Shown one piece after another: positions 18,948-26,745 of a stretch of DNA of 64,000 bases. The notes beneath the pieces were generated by a model. It had not been told where the DNA came from. It worked only from the letters and a program-made list of their open reading frames with translations, and did no database searches. The stretch is taken from positions 1,053 through 65,052 of the forward strand of contig JBIIER010000016.1 of NCBI GenBank assembly GCA_044237745.1. Direction: 5' to 3'. The first letter of the stretch is position 1. The number at the start of each line of letters is the position of its first letter. Both the position numbers and the translations under genes were made by a program. Origin of the DNA: Pseudobdellovibrionaceae bacterium (lineage in GTDB: Bacteria > Bdellovibrionota > Bdellovibrionia > Bdellovibrionales > Bdellovibrionaceae).

Positions 18948-19088
18948 AAACTCGATTGTACATTCTCACATCACAAATTAAAATCTAAAACTAGACCTTT
19001 AACCATATGTCTGAATGAAATTCTTTTTTCTAAAGCTTCTTTGCGAAATCAATTTGCGAATTCAAGATCCTCAATTGAAAATAGTCAA

Positions 19089-20384
19089 ATGAAAGCCAAA
19101 ATCTTATTTTTAAAATTCTCTGCTATTGTGTTCTTGGCCATTTTACTTTTACCAAAGGGATCCTCGGCTTCTCTCTTTAATTTTGGTCTTTTTGATCAGC
19201 CTTGTCCTTACGAGGACTTCAAACCATTGAATCAATGTCGTATAGAGGGAGAAGTTCAAACACAAAAAGAACTGAGCCTTCAAGCACGAACGCTCACTTG
19301 CCATGAAACTCAAAAATCAAAGCTTTGTTCAGAGACTCCTAAGAGATATCCCTTTTTAAAAACTCAAATGAGGGAGTGTCATGTCGAAGGACTCTGTAAG
19401 ACTCATCTTCTAGGTTCTAAAAAAGAAGCCATTGAAGGATGCCAAAAAGGTTTGCAAGAGGCCGCTCATCATATTGGAAAGGAACTTCCTAAATCCCTTC
19501 ATGATGCTGAAGAAATGATTTTGCATTTAGGAAAAACTCTTGCACAATTTCTTATAAAGGCCCCTGGGGTCACTTGGAATCAAATCAAACTTTGTTTGTA
19601 TGATTCAGAACACTGTACTTTTGCAGATCTTAAAAAATTTATTGCGAGTCTTCCTGAAAAAACTCAGAACGAAATTCTAGACCTTATGAGCAGTTTGGAC
19701 CGATTTGAGTGTCTTGATAACATCGGACGATTTGAACTTCTTTGCTATCGCAGTGCTTTGATCTCTGCAAATCTTGCAGGTGGTTTCGCGGCTGTGGGTG
19801 TTGGCAAAGTGGTTGTGCGAGAAGCGTTTCTTCCTCTTATTAAAGAGGGGATTCCTAAAAAACCCCTTCCTGAAATAAAAACTGCTGAAACAGTCAAACA
19901 ACCACCTCCTCCACCAATACCTGCCAATGCAGTTGAAAGACTTGAGCAACGTTACGGAAAAAAGGTGAACCTTTTTGTAGATTACCGAGGGGATGAAAAC
20001 TACCCCATGGTGTTTCTAAGAGATTATGACACTAATGCATTCATGGGTACTCTCGATGTTCATTACATTTCAGCAAATAAATCTCTAGAAATGGGCAATC
20101 TTTTTACTTATGAAAATTATCGAAATATGGGTGTGAGTGAAGCCCTTGTTGAAAGCATGCTTAAGGAATTTCCGAAAGTAGAAGTAATTTCCACGGATTC
20201 ACTTACACAAACAAATTTAAAGGTTGTCGAAGATCATATAAAAAAAGGAAAATCAGTCACCGATTCGATTAAAGAATCTCCTGCCTACAAGGTGCGAGCA
20301 AAATTTGGATTTACAGAAATCATTCCCGAATCAATCAATAACAATACTTACGGCTTTAAAGTCCGCCGTCCGACTCAACCTTGA
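19089..20384 (+). CDS. secreted protein with C-terminal GNAT-like acetyltransferase domain
   Basis: Start moved to the ATG at 19089 (signal peptide MKAKILFLKFSAIVFLAILLLPKGSSA). Cys-rich N-terminal half and PPPPPIP linker. The C-terminal part has an R-x-x-G-x-S/A-like motif (YRNMGVSEALVESML) and AYKVRAKFGFTEI, typical of the GNAT fold. Confidence 0.45.
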   Translation: MKAKILFLKFSAIVFLAILLLPKGSSASLFNFGLFDQPCPYEDFKPLNQCRIEGEVQTQKELSLQARTLTCHETQKSKLCSETPKRYPFLKTQMRECHVEGLCKTHLLGSKKEAIEGCQKGLQEAAHHIGKELPKSLHDAEEMILHLGKTLAQFLIKAPGVTWNQIKLCLYDSEHCTFADLKKFIASLPEKTQNEILDLMSSLDRFECLDNIGRFELLCYRSALISANLAGGFAAVGVGKVVVREAFLPLIKEGIPKKPLPEIKTAETVKQPPPPPIPANAVERLEQRYGKKVNLFVDYRGDENYPMVFLRDYDTNAFMGTLDVHYISANKSLEMGNLFTYENYRNMGVSEALVESMLKEFPKVEVISTDSLTQTNLKVVEDHIKKGKSVTDSIKESPAYKVRAKFGFTEIIPESINNNTYGFKVRRPTQP

Positions 20385-20388
20385 GACT

Positions 20389-20601
20389 TTAATTGACTTC
20401 CTCTTTTTCAATATCGATTTGATTTCCTGGCTGAGGGACTTCTGCCAACCATTTCCCATCAGGGCAAGATGTGCCAGAGAGTTTCACTTTGACTTTCATA
20501 AAGCACCCGCAAACAGAACATCGAGCTAGGGTGCTATTAAAAAAAGTGCATTGTTTGCAAATATCAAATCTTGATTGAGCTTTTGCTTGATCGACAAACA
20601 T
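20389..20601 (-). CDS. small Cys-rich (zinc-binding) protein, phage-like
   Basis: 70 aa with pattern C..C-x12-C..CGC-x14-CP.GKW. The start overlaps the upstream stop as TAATG, suggesting translational coupling. The pattern resembles small ORFs common in phage genomes (recalled). Confidence 0.5.
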   Translation of the reverse strand: MFVDQAKAQSRFDICKQCTFFNSTLARCSVCGCFMKVKVKLSGTSCPDGKWLAEVPQPGNQIDIEKEEVN

Positions 20602-21161
20602 TAAGTCACCTCGTAATCAGGCACTTTTTCCCAACTTAAAGTTTGAGAATTCCATGCGAGACCATTTTGTTCATTGGTTGCTAAAGAAGGATTTAAATTC
20701 CAAATTTGCTGAGACTCATCCCAAGTATAAATCTCACCCTCTTTAAAAGCAGGCCTTGCCACAGGAGCGAACCAGGCTTGATCTTTCCATTTCCAAGACG
20801 GGAATGGTTGCTGAGGTTGTGAAGTTTTAAATTTAAAACTCACATCCATTTGAACGCCTTCTTCATGGGACCAAATATTTAAGGTGTAACTATGGAAGGC
20901 TTTCAGATGGAGACTGACCAGCTCAATAAATAATTGATCAGTACTTTCGTAAGTGAGCCCTGGACGAGGAAATTTTTGAAAATCCACCCTTTGATTATTT
21001 TCGTCGAACAATTCATAACCAAAAGATAAATTATTAAAGACCACTGTTTGAGTTTGCTTGGTAAAACGGAATTGCAATTCTGCATATACCGAACCCAGAT
21101 CAACAACACTCATGTTCCATTTTTTATTTATTAAATCGTTTGTAGCTATTATTGAACTCAT
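20601..21161 (-). CDS. Trp-rich hypothetical protein (possible fibre-assembly/chaperone-like)
   Basis: 186 aa. The start is 2 nt after the stop of the glycine-rich gene. The C-terminal half PFPSWKWKDQAWFAPVARP...YTWDESQQIWNL resembles phage tail-fibre-assembly-type W/P motifs (weak, from memory). Confidence 0.45.
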   Translation of the reverse strand: MSSIIATNDLINKKWNMSVVDLGSVYAELQFRFTKQTQTVVFNNLSFGYELFDENNQRVDFQKFPRPGLTYESTDQLFIELVSLHLKAFHSYTLNIWSHEEGVQMDVSFKFKTSQPQQPFPSWKWKDQAWFAPVARPAFKEGEIYTWDESQQIWNLNPSLATNEQNGLAWNSQTLSWEKVPDYEVT

Positions 21162-21163
21162 TT

Positions 21164-22126
21164 TTACACCGCATACTTTATCATAATGATTCCTGATCCA
21201 CCTTTACCGCCACCAGCTGAAGTATAGCCATTTCCATTAGTACCAGAGCCTCCACCACCACCAGTATTAGCTCCACCGGCGCCACCCCAAGTTGGATCTC
21301 CAGATGGCCCTGCAGCACCTGCATTTCTGGCACTTCCACCTCCAGAACTTCCGCCACTCTGGCCAGAACCGCCACCGCCGCCGCCAATTCCACCATTACC
21401 GCCAGCATTACTACAATAACCATCATTACCGCCACCACCAGACCAATAGTAGCCGATACCATCAATACTTAAAGCGATACCTGGGCCGCCATCGCGGCTT
21501 GCATATCCATAACCGTTACCACCGGCACCACCACCGCCACCGCCACGACATGAGCAGCAACCTGCATCATTGGCGCCTCCATTATAACCACCATAGGCGG
21601 TTCCTGTCCAACCTGCTGGCAATGTCATCGATCCCACAGTAGCTCCAGTTCTTGTACTGTAACTATATCCACCAGTATTGGCGACGCCCTGGTTTCGAGA
21701 GGGCACATTTCCAGTGTAACAATGTCCAGCACCACCACCCAAGGCTGTTAAGCCAAAGGCTGTTGTGCTCTCCCCAGGATATCCATCGGCCCAACCAATG
21801 GCTCCAGCACCCCCATTACCCACATAGAGTCCGTATGTTCCAGGCAACATCTGAGCAGAGGCATAGATAATTCCTCCACCGCCGCCGCCACCACCAAGCA
21901 TACCACCGCCACCACCACCGCCAACAAGCATAGCGGTCACAGAACCTTTGCCTGTAAAAGTAATGGAAGCGCTACCCACAGCTAAAAAAGTATGAATTTT
22001 ATAATTGATACCACCAATATTTACAGTTGTGATGGTTCCGCCCGTTCCGACCAATGGGCCCACTCCTGAGTTTCTTTGTCCAAAATTACTTGCAGCAGTC
22101 ACTCCTCGACGACCGACAAATGGCAT
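21164..22126 (-). CDS. glycine-rich domain protein (ALK/LTK-GRD-related, phage-type subfamily)
   Basis: Start moved to the ATG at 22126 (AAGGA SD 7 nt upstream), giving MPFVGRRG.... Motifs: YKIHTFLAVGSASITFTG, AMLVGGGGGGG, many GGxGG runs, CCSCRGGGGGG, terminal GGSGIIMIKYAV. No signal peptide. Confidence 0.7.
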   Translation of the reverse strand: MPFVGRRGVTAASNFGQRNSGVGPLVGTGGTITTVNIGGINYKIHTFLAVGSASITFTGKGSVTAMLVGGGGGGGMLGGGGGGGGIIYASAQMLPGTYGLYVGNGGAGAIGWADGYPGESTTAFGLTALGGGAGHCYTGNVPSRNQGVANTGGYSYSTRTGATVGSMTLPAGWTGTAYGGYNGGANDAGCCSCRGGGGGGAGGNGYGYASRDGGPGIALSIDGIGYYWSGGGGNDGYCSNAGGNGGIGGGGGGSGQSGGSSGGGSARNAGAAGPSGDPTWGGAGGANTGGGGGSGTNGNGYTSAGGGKGGSGIIMIKYAV

Positions 22127-22227
22127 AAGAATTCCTTTCAAGAATTTTAATAGCAATTAAATTTATTTTTAAATTGATTCACAAAAAAGTAAAGCTTCAA
22201 GGATTTTAATATAACAAAGTGGCGGAG

Positions 22228-22278
22228 CCAGCCGAAGTCCGCAGACAGCTCGAAGAGCTGTGGCGAGACGAAGGCTGG
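22228..22278 (-). other. GC-rich extended stem-loop abutting the tRNA 3' end (terminator/processing element?)
   Basis: CCAGCC...GGCTGG outer stem and ACAGCTC-gaa-GAGCTGT inner stem in an otherwise AT-rich region. The outer stem includes the tRNA CCA. It is followed on the minus strand only by a weak T-rich run. Confidence 0.35.
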
Positions 22279-22352
22279 TGATTCCGGCCTGGATTGAACA
22301 GGCGACCCCCAGTTTAGGAAACTAGTGCTCTATCCAACTGAGCTACGGAATC
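22276..22352 (-). tRNA. tRNA-Arg (anticodon CCU)
   Basis: A 77-nt cloverleaf was folded by hand: acceptor GATTCCG/CGGAATC, D-arm GCTC-AGTTGGATA-GAGC, anticodon arm CTAGT-TTCCTAA-ACTGG, variable GGGTC, T-arm GCCTG-TTCAATC-CAGGC, discriminator A, encoded CCA. Confidence 0.92.
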
Positions 22353-22446
22353 ACTCACTTATTTAGTCTCCCAAAAACTGGGAGACGTCAAGAAAGATGA
22401 AAAAGAGAAGGGATGGATTGTGCAATGATTGCGCAATGAGTGAGGT

Positions 22447-23859
22447 TTATTCGTCCTCTAATTCCTCATCACCCACTGAACCCAATGAGTATTTTTCAAT
22501 ACGATAGCGCATAGATCTAAAAGTGATATTTAAAAGCTTAGCCGCTTTCTTTTTCACACCGTTAGCTTGATGAATCGCTTTAATAAGAATTTCTTTTTCG
22601 ATTTGGCCCATGATTTTTTCTAAATCAATGCCGTCTTCTCCCACAATGATTTCGTGAGAAGAAGCCACTTTACGACCAGAAACAGTATTCACAAAAGGAG
22701 GAAGACTCTCTGGCAAAATAGTGGCGCCGCTCTCAAGAGCGACTGTTCTTTCAATAATATTTTCTAACTCTCTCACGTTACCAGGGTAATCATAAGATTT
22801 TAAAGTGGCCAAGGCTTCATCGCTGATGCCACCAATATTTTTAGAAAGCTTATCGTTATATTTTTTAAGAAAGTGATTGGCTAAAAGCTCAATATCATCT
22901 CTTCTCTCTCTTAAAGGAGGAGATTTAATATTGATCACATTAAGACGGTAATAAAGATCTTGTCTAAAAGTTCCTTTTGCCACCATGTCTTCTAAATTTC
23001 TGTTAGTCGCCGCGATGATTCTCACATCCACTTTTGTATCATCTGTGCAACCCACTTTACGAATGATTCTTTCTTGAATCGCTCTTAAGAGTTTTACTTG
23101 GATGTTTAATGGCAACTCACCGATTTCATCTAAAAAGAGAGTCCCACCATTAGCAGCCTCAAAGAGACCTGTTTTGTCCATCATCGCGCCAGTAAAACTG
23201 CCTTTTTTATGACCGAACATTTCTGATTCCATCAGAGCTTCAGGAATAGCTCCGCAGTTAATACTGATAAAAGCTTTATCTTTAAGGGGGCCATTAAAAT
23301 GAATGCTTTTTGCAATCACTTCTTTACCCGTACCACTCTCTCCAGTGATTAATACATTGGTAGGAGACGATGAAACTCTTTTAATCAAATCATAAACTCG
23401 ATGCATGGGTTCTGTATTCCCAATTAGGTTTTGCAAAGAGTATTCTTTTTTAAGAACTTTTTTAAGAACGCGGTTTTCTAATTCTAAATTTTGCGAACGA
23501 AGAGCATTATTAACATTCATTCTCACTTCATCAAGTTTGAATGGTTTTGTTAAATAATCATAAGCACCGAGCTTCATGGCTTCAACGGCAATTTCTGTAG
23601 AGCCAAAAGCAGTGATCATCATAAACACCACTTCAGGATAAATTTCTTTAACGTGTTTTAAGAGTTCCATGCCTGAAACATTCGGCATCTGAAGATCCGA
23701 AATAATCATATCAAAAGTTTTTTTCTTAAGAAGATCAATTGCACGAGAACCGTCTTCGGCTGTCGTAATCTCGAAACCCTCTTTTTTTAACATGATTTCT
23801 AAAAATTCTCGTATTGATTCTTCATCATCTACTATTAATATCCTGGATTTCATTTTCAC
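22447..23859 (-). CDS. pilR: sigma-54-dependent response regulator (NtrC family), PilR-like
   Basis: 470 aa. Receiver domain (ILIVDDE...ISDLQMP), AAA+ sigma-54 interaction domain (GESGTGKE, GAFTGA-type loop KGSFTGA, ESEMFGH) and a C-terminal HTH. Located immediately downstream of the pilS-like kinase and the pilBC genes. Confidence 0.85.
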   Translation of the reverse strand: MKMKSRILIVDDEESIREFLEIMLKKEGFEITTAEDGSRAIDLLKKKTFDMIISDLQMPNVSGMELLKHVKEIYPEVVFMMITAFGSTEIAVEAMKLGAYDYLTKPFKLDEVRMNVNNALRSQNLELENRVLKKVLKKEYSLQNLIGNTEPMHRVYDLIKRVSSSPTNVLITGESGTGKEVIAKSIHFNGPLKDKAFISINCGAIPEALMESEMFGHKKGSFTGAMMDKTGLFEAANGGTLFLDEIGELPLNIQVKLLRAIQERIIRKVGCTDDTKVDVRIIAATNRNLEDMVAKGTFRQDLYYRLNVINIKSPPLRERRDDIELLANHFLKKYNDKLSKNIGGISDEALATLKSYDYPGNVRELENIIERTVALESGATILPESLPPFVNTVSGRKVASSHEIIVGEDGIDLEKIMGQIEKEILIKAIHQANGVKKKAAKLLNITFRSMRYRIEKYSLGSVGDEELEDE

Positions 23860-23901
23860 TCCGTTAAAGTCATTCTCTAGTAACCAAAATTCTTTATCAA
23901 T

Positions 23902-25518
23902 CTAAAACGTATCCCCTGGAAAGCGAATTGTAAAATCAGTGCCTATTCCTAGACCAGAGTCCACATAAATATGGGCCTTGTGATTTTCAAATATTTTATG
24001 AGTCATCGCTAACCCTAAACCTGTGCCTTTAGGCTTGGTTGTATGAAAGGGTTCAAACATTCTTTTTTTAGTTTCCTCAGACATCCCACAACCAGAATCT
24101 TTGATTCTTAAAACCACTTGCGAACCTTGATCCCAAGTTTCTACAAAAAGTTTAGGCTGACTTGTTTTTTCCATCGCTTGAAAGGCATTGATCATAATAT
24201 TTAAAAAGGCTTGTTTCAATTTATCTTTTTCAGCTTTGATCATTTGGGTGCTTTTTAACTGAATCTCCACACTGACATCTTGTCTCAATTGAGCATTGAG
24301 CTTCATGCTTTCTAAAATCTCCGCCACTAATCCATTGATTTGGAGCTTGTCTTGAGGGGGCACAGGTGGTTTTGAGTAGTCTAAAAACTCCGAGATTAAA
24401 TTATTTAAGCGGCTGATTTCTTTAAGAATAATTCGCATGAGCTTTTTGTCGTCTTCATCCGCACTGGTCTCACTGAGCATTTCAATGGAGCCCGAAATGC
24501 TCGCCAGCGGGTTTCTGATTTCATGAGCAATCCCGGCCGCCAACTGCCCTACGGCTGCCATTTTTTCGGATTGTCGGAGCGAAAATTCCATTTTTTTAAA
24601 GTCCGTAATGTCTTCGATAATAAAAAGGTAGCCCTTATGGGTTAAATCCGGAGCCCAAAAAAGCGAGGCATTCACAGCCAAAACCCGCATTTCTTCACCT
24701 TCAAAAAGTGTGATTTCTTTTTTAAGAACAGGTTGATTTTTATGATTCTGCAAGACCTCTCTAGCCATTGTTTTGAGGTCCTCTGAAAAATCAAACAAGC
24801 TGGAGCTTTCAGAAATTTTATGGTTTTTAAAAATGCTTTGAGCTTTTAGATTGGATTGAACTATCTGCCCGTTGATCTCCGTTGTAAAAACTGCCGTCGG
24901 AATATTTTCTAAAACCAGAGTGTTTAGATTTTTAAGTTCCTTTAAACTCTCTGAGCTTTCGAGCCATTTAAGACCCAAAAAATCCAGTTGTTCGCTCAAA
25001 TAACCCGACACCGCAGAGATAGAAAAAAATGAAATGTTATTTAAAAGAATCATAAAGAGATTCGAAAAGTTTTTAATTTCTGGAGCAAAAATCGAGTTGG
25101 CCGTAAAGCCAATACTCGAAATCAAAGCGACTGCCACTCCCGCTTTTGAAGGCAAAATGAGTCCTGCAATCAGAATATTTACAAAGTACATAAACAAAAA
25201 AAGTGTTTGATGAATGCCACTAAAAAATATCAAGAGCGAAATCAAAATCGCGTCTAAAAAAAAGGAACCCATCATCCAAGATGATTTAGCCATAAAGGTT
25301 TCTATTTTTAAAATCATGGCTAAATGAAAGCCAAAACCGGCAATCAAAATCATATAGGTTGGAAAGATAAAATCCCAATTCGTAAATGCATTTTGTGTGA
25401 ATTGAGAAAGCAATACTAATGCTAAGAGCAGAAAATAAATTCCCACTCTTGCTGTTTGTAAAAATAAAAACCTCTTATGAGCTTCTTCTTGATTTTTTAA
25501 CTGCGCTGTTAAAATCAT
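23902..25518 (-). CDS. pilS: sensor histidine kinase, PilS-like
   Basis: 538 aa with a ~6-TM N-terminal domain, a PAS-like region, an H-box AHEIRNPLASISG and HATPase N/G boxes (NAFQAM, DSGCGM, GTGLGLA). Confidence 0.8.
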   Translation of the reverse strand: MILTAQLKNQEEAHKRFLFLQTARVGIYFLLLALVLLSQFTQNAFTNWDFIFPTYMILIAGFGFHLAMILKIETFMAKSSWMMGSFFLDAILISLLIFFSGIHQTLFLFMYFVNILIAGLILPSKAGVAVALISSIGFTANSIFAPEIKNFSNLFMILLNNISFFSISAVSGYLSEQLDFLGLKWLESSESLKELKNLNTLVLENIPTAVFTTEINGQIVQSNLKAQSIFKNHKISESSSLFDFSEDLKTMAREVLQNHKNQPVLKKEITLFEGEEMRVLAVNASLFWAPDLTHKGYLFIIEDITDFKKMEFSLRQSEKMAAVGQLAAGIAHEIRNPLASISGSIEMLSETSADEDDKKLMRIILKEISRLNNLISEFLDYSKPPVPPQDKLQINGLVAEILESMKLNAQLRQDVSVEIQLKSTQMIKAEKDKLKQAFLNIMINAFQAMEKTSQPKLFVETWDQGSQVVLRIKDSGCGMSEETKKRMFEPFHTTKPKGTGLGLAMTHKIFENHKAHIYVDSGLGIGTDFTIRFPGDTF

Positions 25519-25521
25519 GAT

Positions 25522-26742
25522 CTAGCCTCCAGCAACAGAGCCCATCTCAAAGACAGGAAGATACATTGCCAATACAAGAACCGCAATAATGGAGCCCAAG
25601 ACCACCATTAAAATGGGTTCAATCAAGGAGGTTGCCGATTTGATCGCTGTTTCAATATCTTCTTCATAAAAATCAGCCATTTTAGACAAGAGAACATCTA
25701 AATTTCCCGACTGCTCACCGATATTCACCATGTGGCTCACCATATGAGGAATTCTTTTTTGTTGAAACATAGGAACCGCTAAGGGCTTACCACCGATAAC
25801 GGAATCTCGACACTGATTCAGTGATTTTTCGATCACAGAATTACCCGCTGTTTTAGCGGCAATATCGATGGCTTCAACAACTCCCACACCTGAAGAAAGA
25901 AGTGTCGAAAGAGTTCTCGTCATTTTAGCAACAGCTCCTTTTTGGACAACGGTCCCAAAAACTGGAAGTGAAATAAAGAGTTCATCAAAAAACTCTTTTC
26001 CCTGTTCTGTTTTATAAAAAGACATGACCGACAATGGAATGCCTATCATAAATCCTAAAAAGAAATGCCAGTATTCTCTGACAAAATCACTCAAGGCCAT
26101 CACTTGTTGTGTGAGAAACGGTAGCTCCCTTCCTCCTGAGGCATAAAGAGCTGCAAACTTTGGAATTAAGAAATAAAGAATGGCCCAAATAATTAAACCC
26201 GAAACAGCTGTGACAACTCCAGGGTACCAAAGGGCCCCTTTGACTTGCTTTTGAATTTTATCGGCTTTTTCAATGTAAACAGAAAGTCGGCCTAAAATTC
26301 CATCCAAGATCCCGGCTTTTTCTCCGGCACTGACCATGTTCACATAAAATCTATCAAATACATCGCCCCTTTGAGCCATTGATTCTGAAAGCGTTCGACC
26401 AGATTCAATATTAGTTCTGAGTTTATTTAAAACTAATTTAAATTGCTTACTCTGAAATCCTTCTTCAAGAATTTTAAGAGAGTCAGAAATAGGAATCCCT
26501 GCACTGATTAAAGTTGAAAATTGTCTTGTAAAAAGCTTGAGATCTTCGTCTTTAATCCCATTACCAATTCTCAAATACTCTGCCAGACTAAAGCTTTCTG
26601 ACTTTTTAAGAATATAGATTTTTTCGGGAATGAGTTTAATACTGCGAAGTTTTACCCTCACTTCGTTTTCGTTATCAGCGGTGATTTGCCCTCTGACTAA
26701 CTTGCCTTCAAGATCTTTAGCTTGATACAAATAATTTCTCAT
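25522..26742 (-). CDS. pilC: type IV pilus platform protein PilC (GspF family)
   Basis: 406 aa with two GspF-type repeats and 3 TM segments. Sits in the canonical position in the pil cluster. Confidence 0.9.
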   Translation of the reverse strand: MRNYLYQAKDLEGKLVRGQITADNENEVRVKLRSIKLIPEKIYILKKSESFSLAEYLRIGNGIKDEDLKLFTRQFSTLISAGIPISDSLKILEEGFQSKQFKLVLNKLRTNIESGRTLSESMAQRGDVFDRFYVNMVSAGEKAGILDGILGRLSVYIEKADKIQKQVKGALWYPGVVTAVSGLIIWAILYFLIPKFAALYASGGRELPFLTQQVMALSDFVREYWHFFLGFMIGIPLSVMSFYKTEQGKEFFDELFISLPVFGTVVQKGAVAKMTRTLSTLLSSGVGVVEAIDIAAKTAGNSVIEKSLNQCRDSVIGGKPLAVPMFQQKRIPHMVSHMVNIGEQSGNLDVLLSKMADFYEEDIETAIKSATSLIEPILMVVLGSIIAVLVLAMYLPVFEMGSVAGG

Positions 26743-26745
26743 TTT

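Noticed and set aside
18915-19088. 58-codon N-terminal extension of the GNAT-like ORF, overlapping the divergent gene
   Set aside because: The extension overlaps the 5' end of the minus-strand gene and lacks an SD. The internal ATG at 19089 gives a canonical signal peptide.
21181-21870. ORFs 21181-21465(-), 21292-21642(+) and 21652-21870(+) inside the 320-aa glycine-rich gene
   Set aside because: Same artefact. These are out-of-frame or antisense translations of GGN repeats (V/A/M-rich or H/R-rich) with no independent support.
15077-22352. Prophage or integrative island inserted at tRNA-Arg
   Set aside because: No integrase, excisionase, capsid, terminase or other phage core genes are present, and I could not spot a direct repeat of the tRNA 3' end. 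Only individual phage-like ORFs occur. It is kept as a weak hypothesis inside the findings, not as a feature.
22366-22386. Hairpin GTCTCCCA-n5-TGGGAGAC as the pilR rho-independent terminator
   Set aside because: No U-tract follows on the minus strand. It may still be structural, so it is mentioned only within the tRNA-flank finding.
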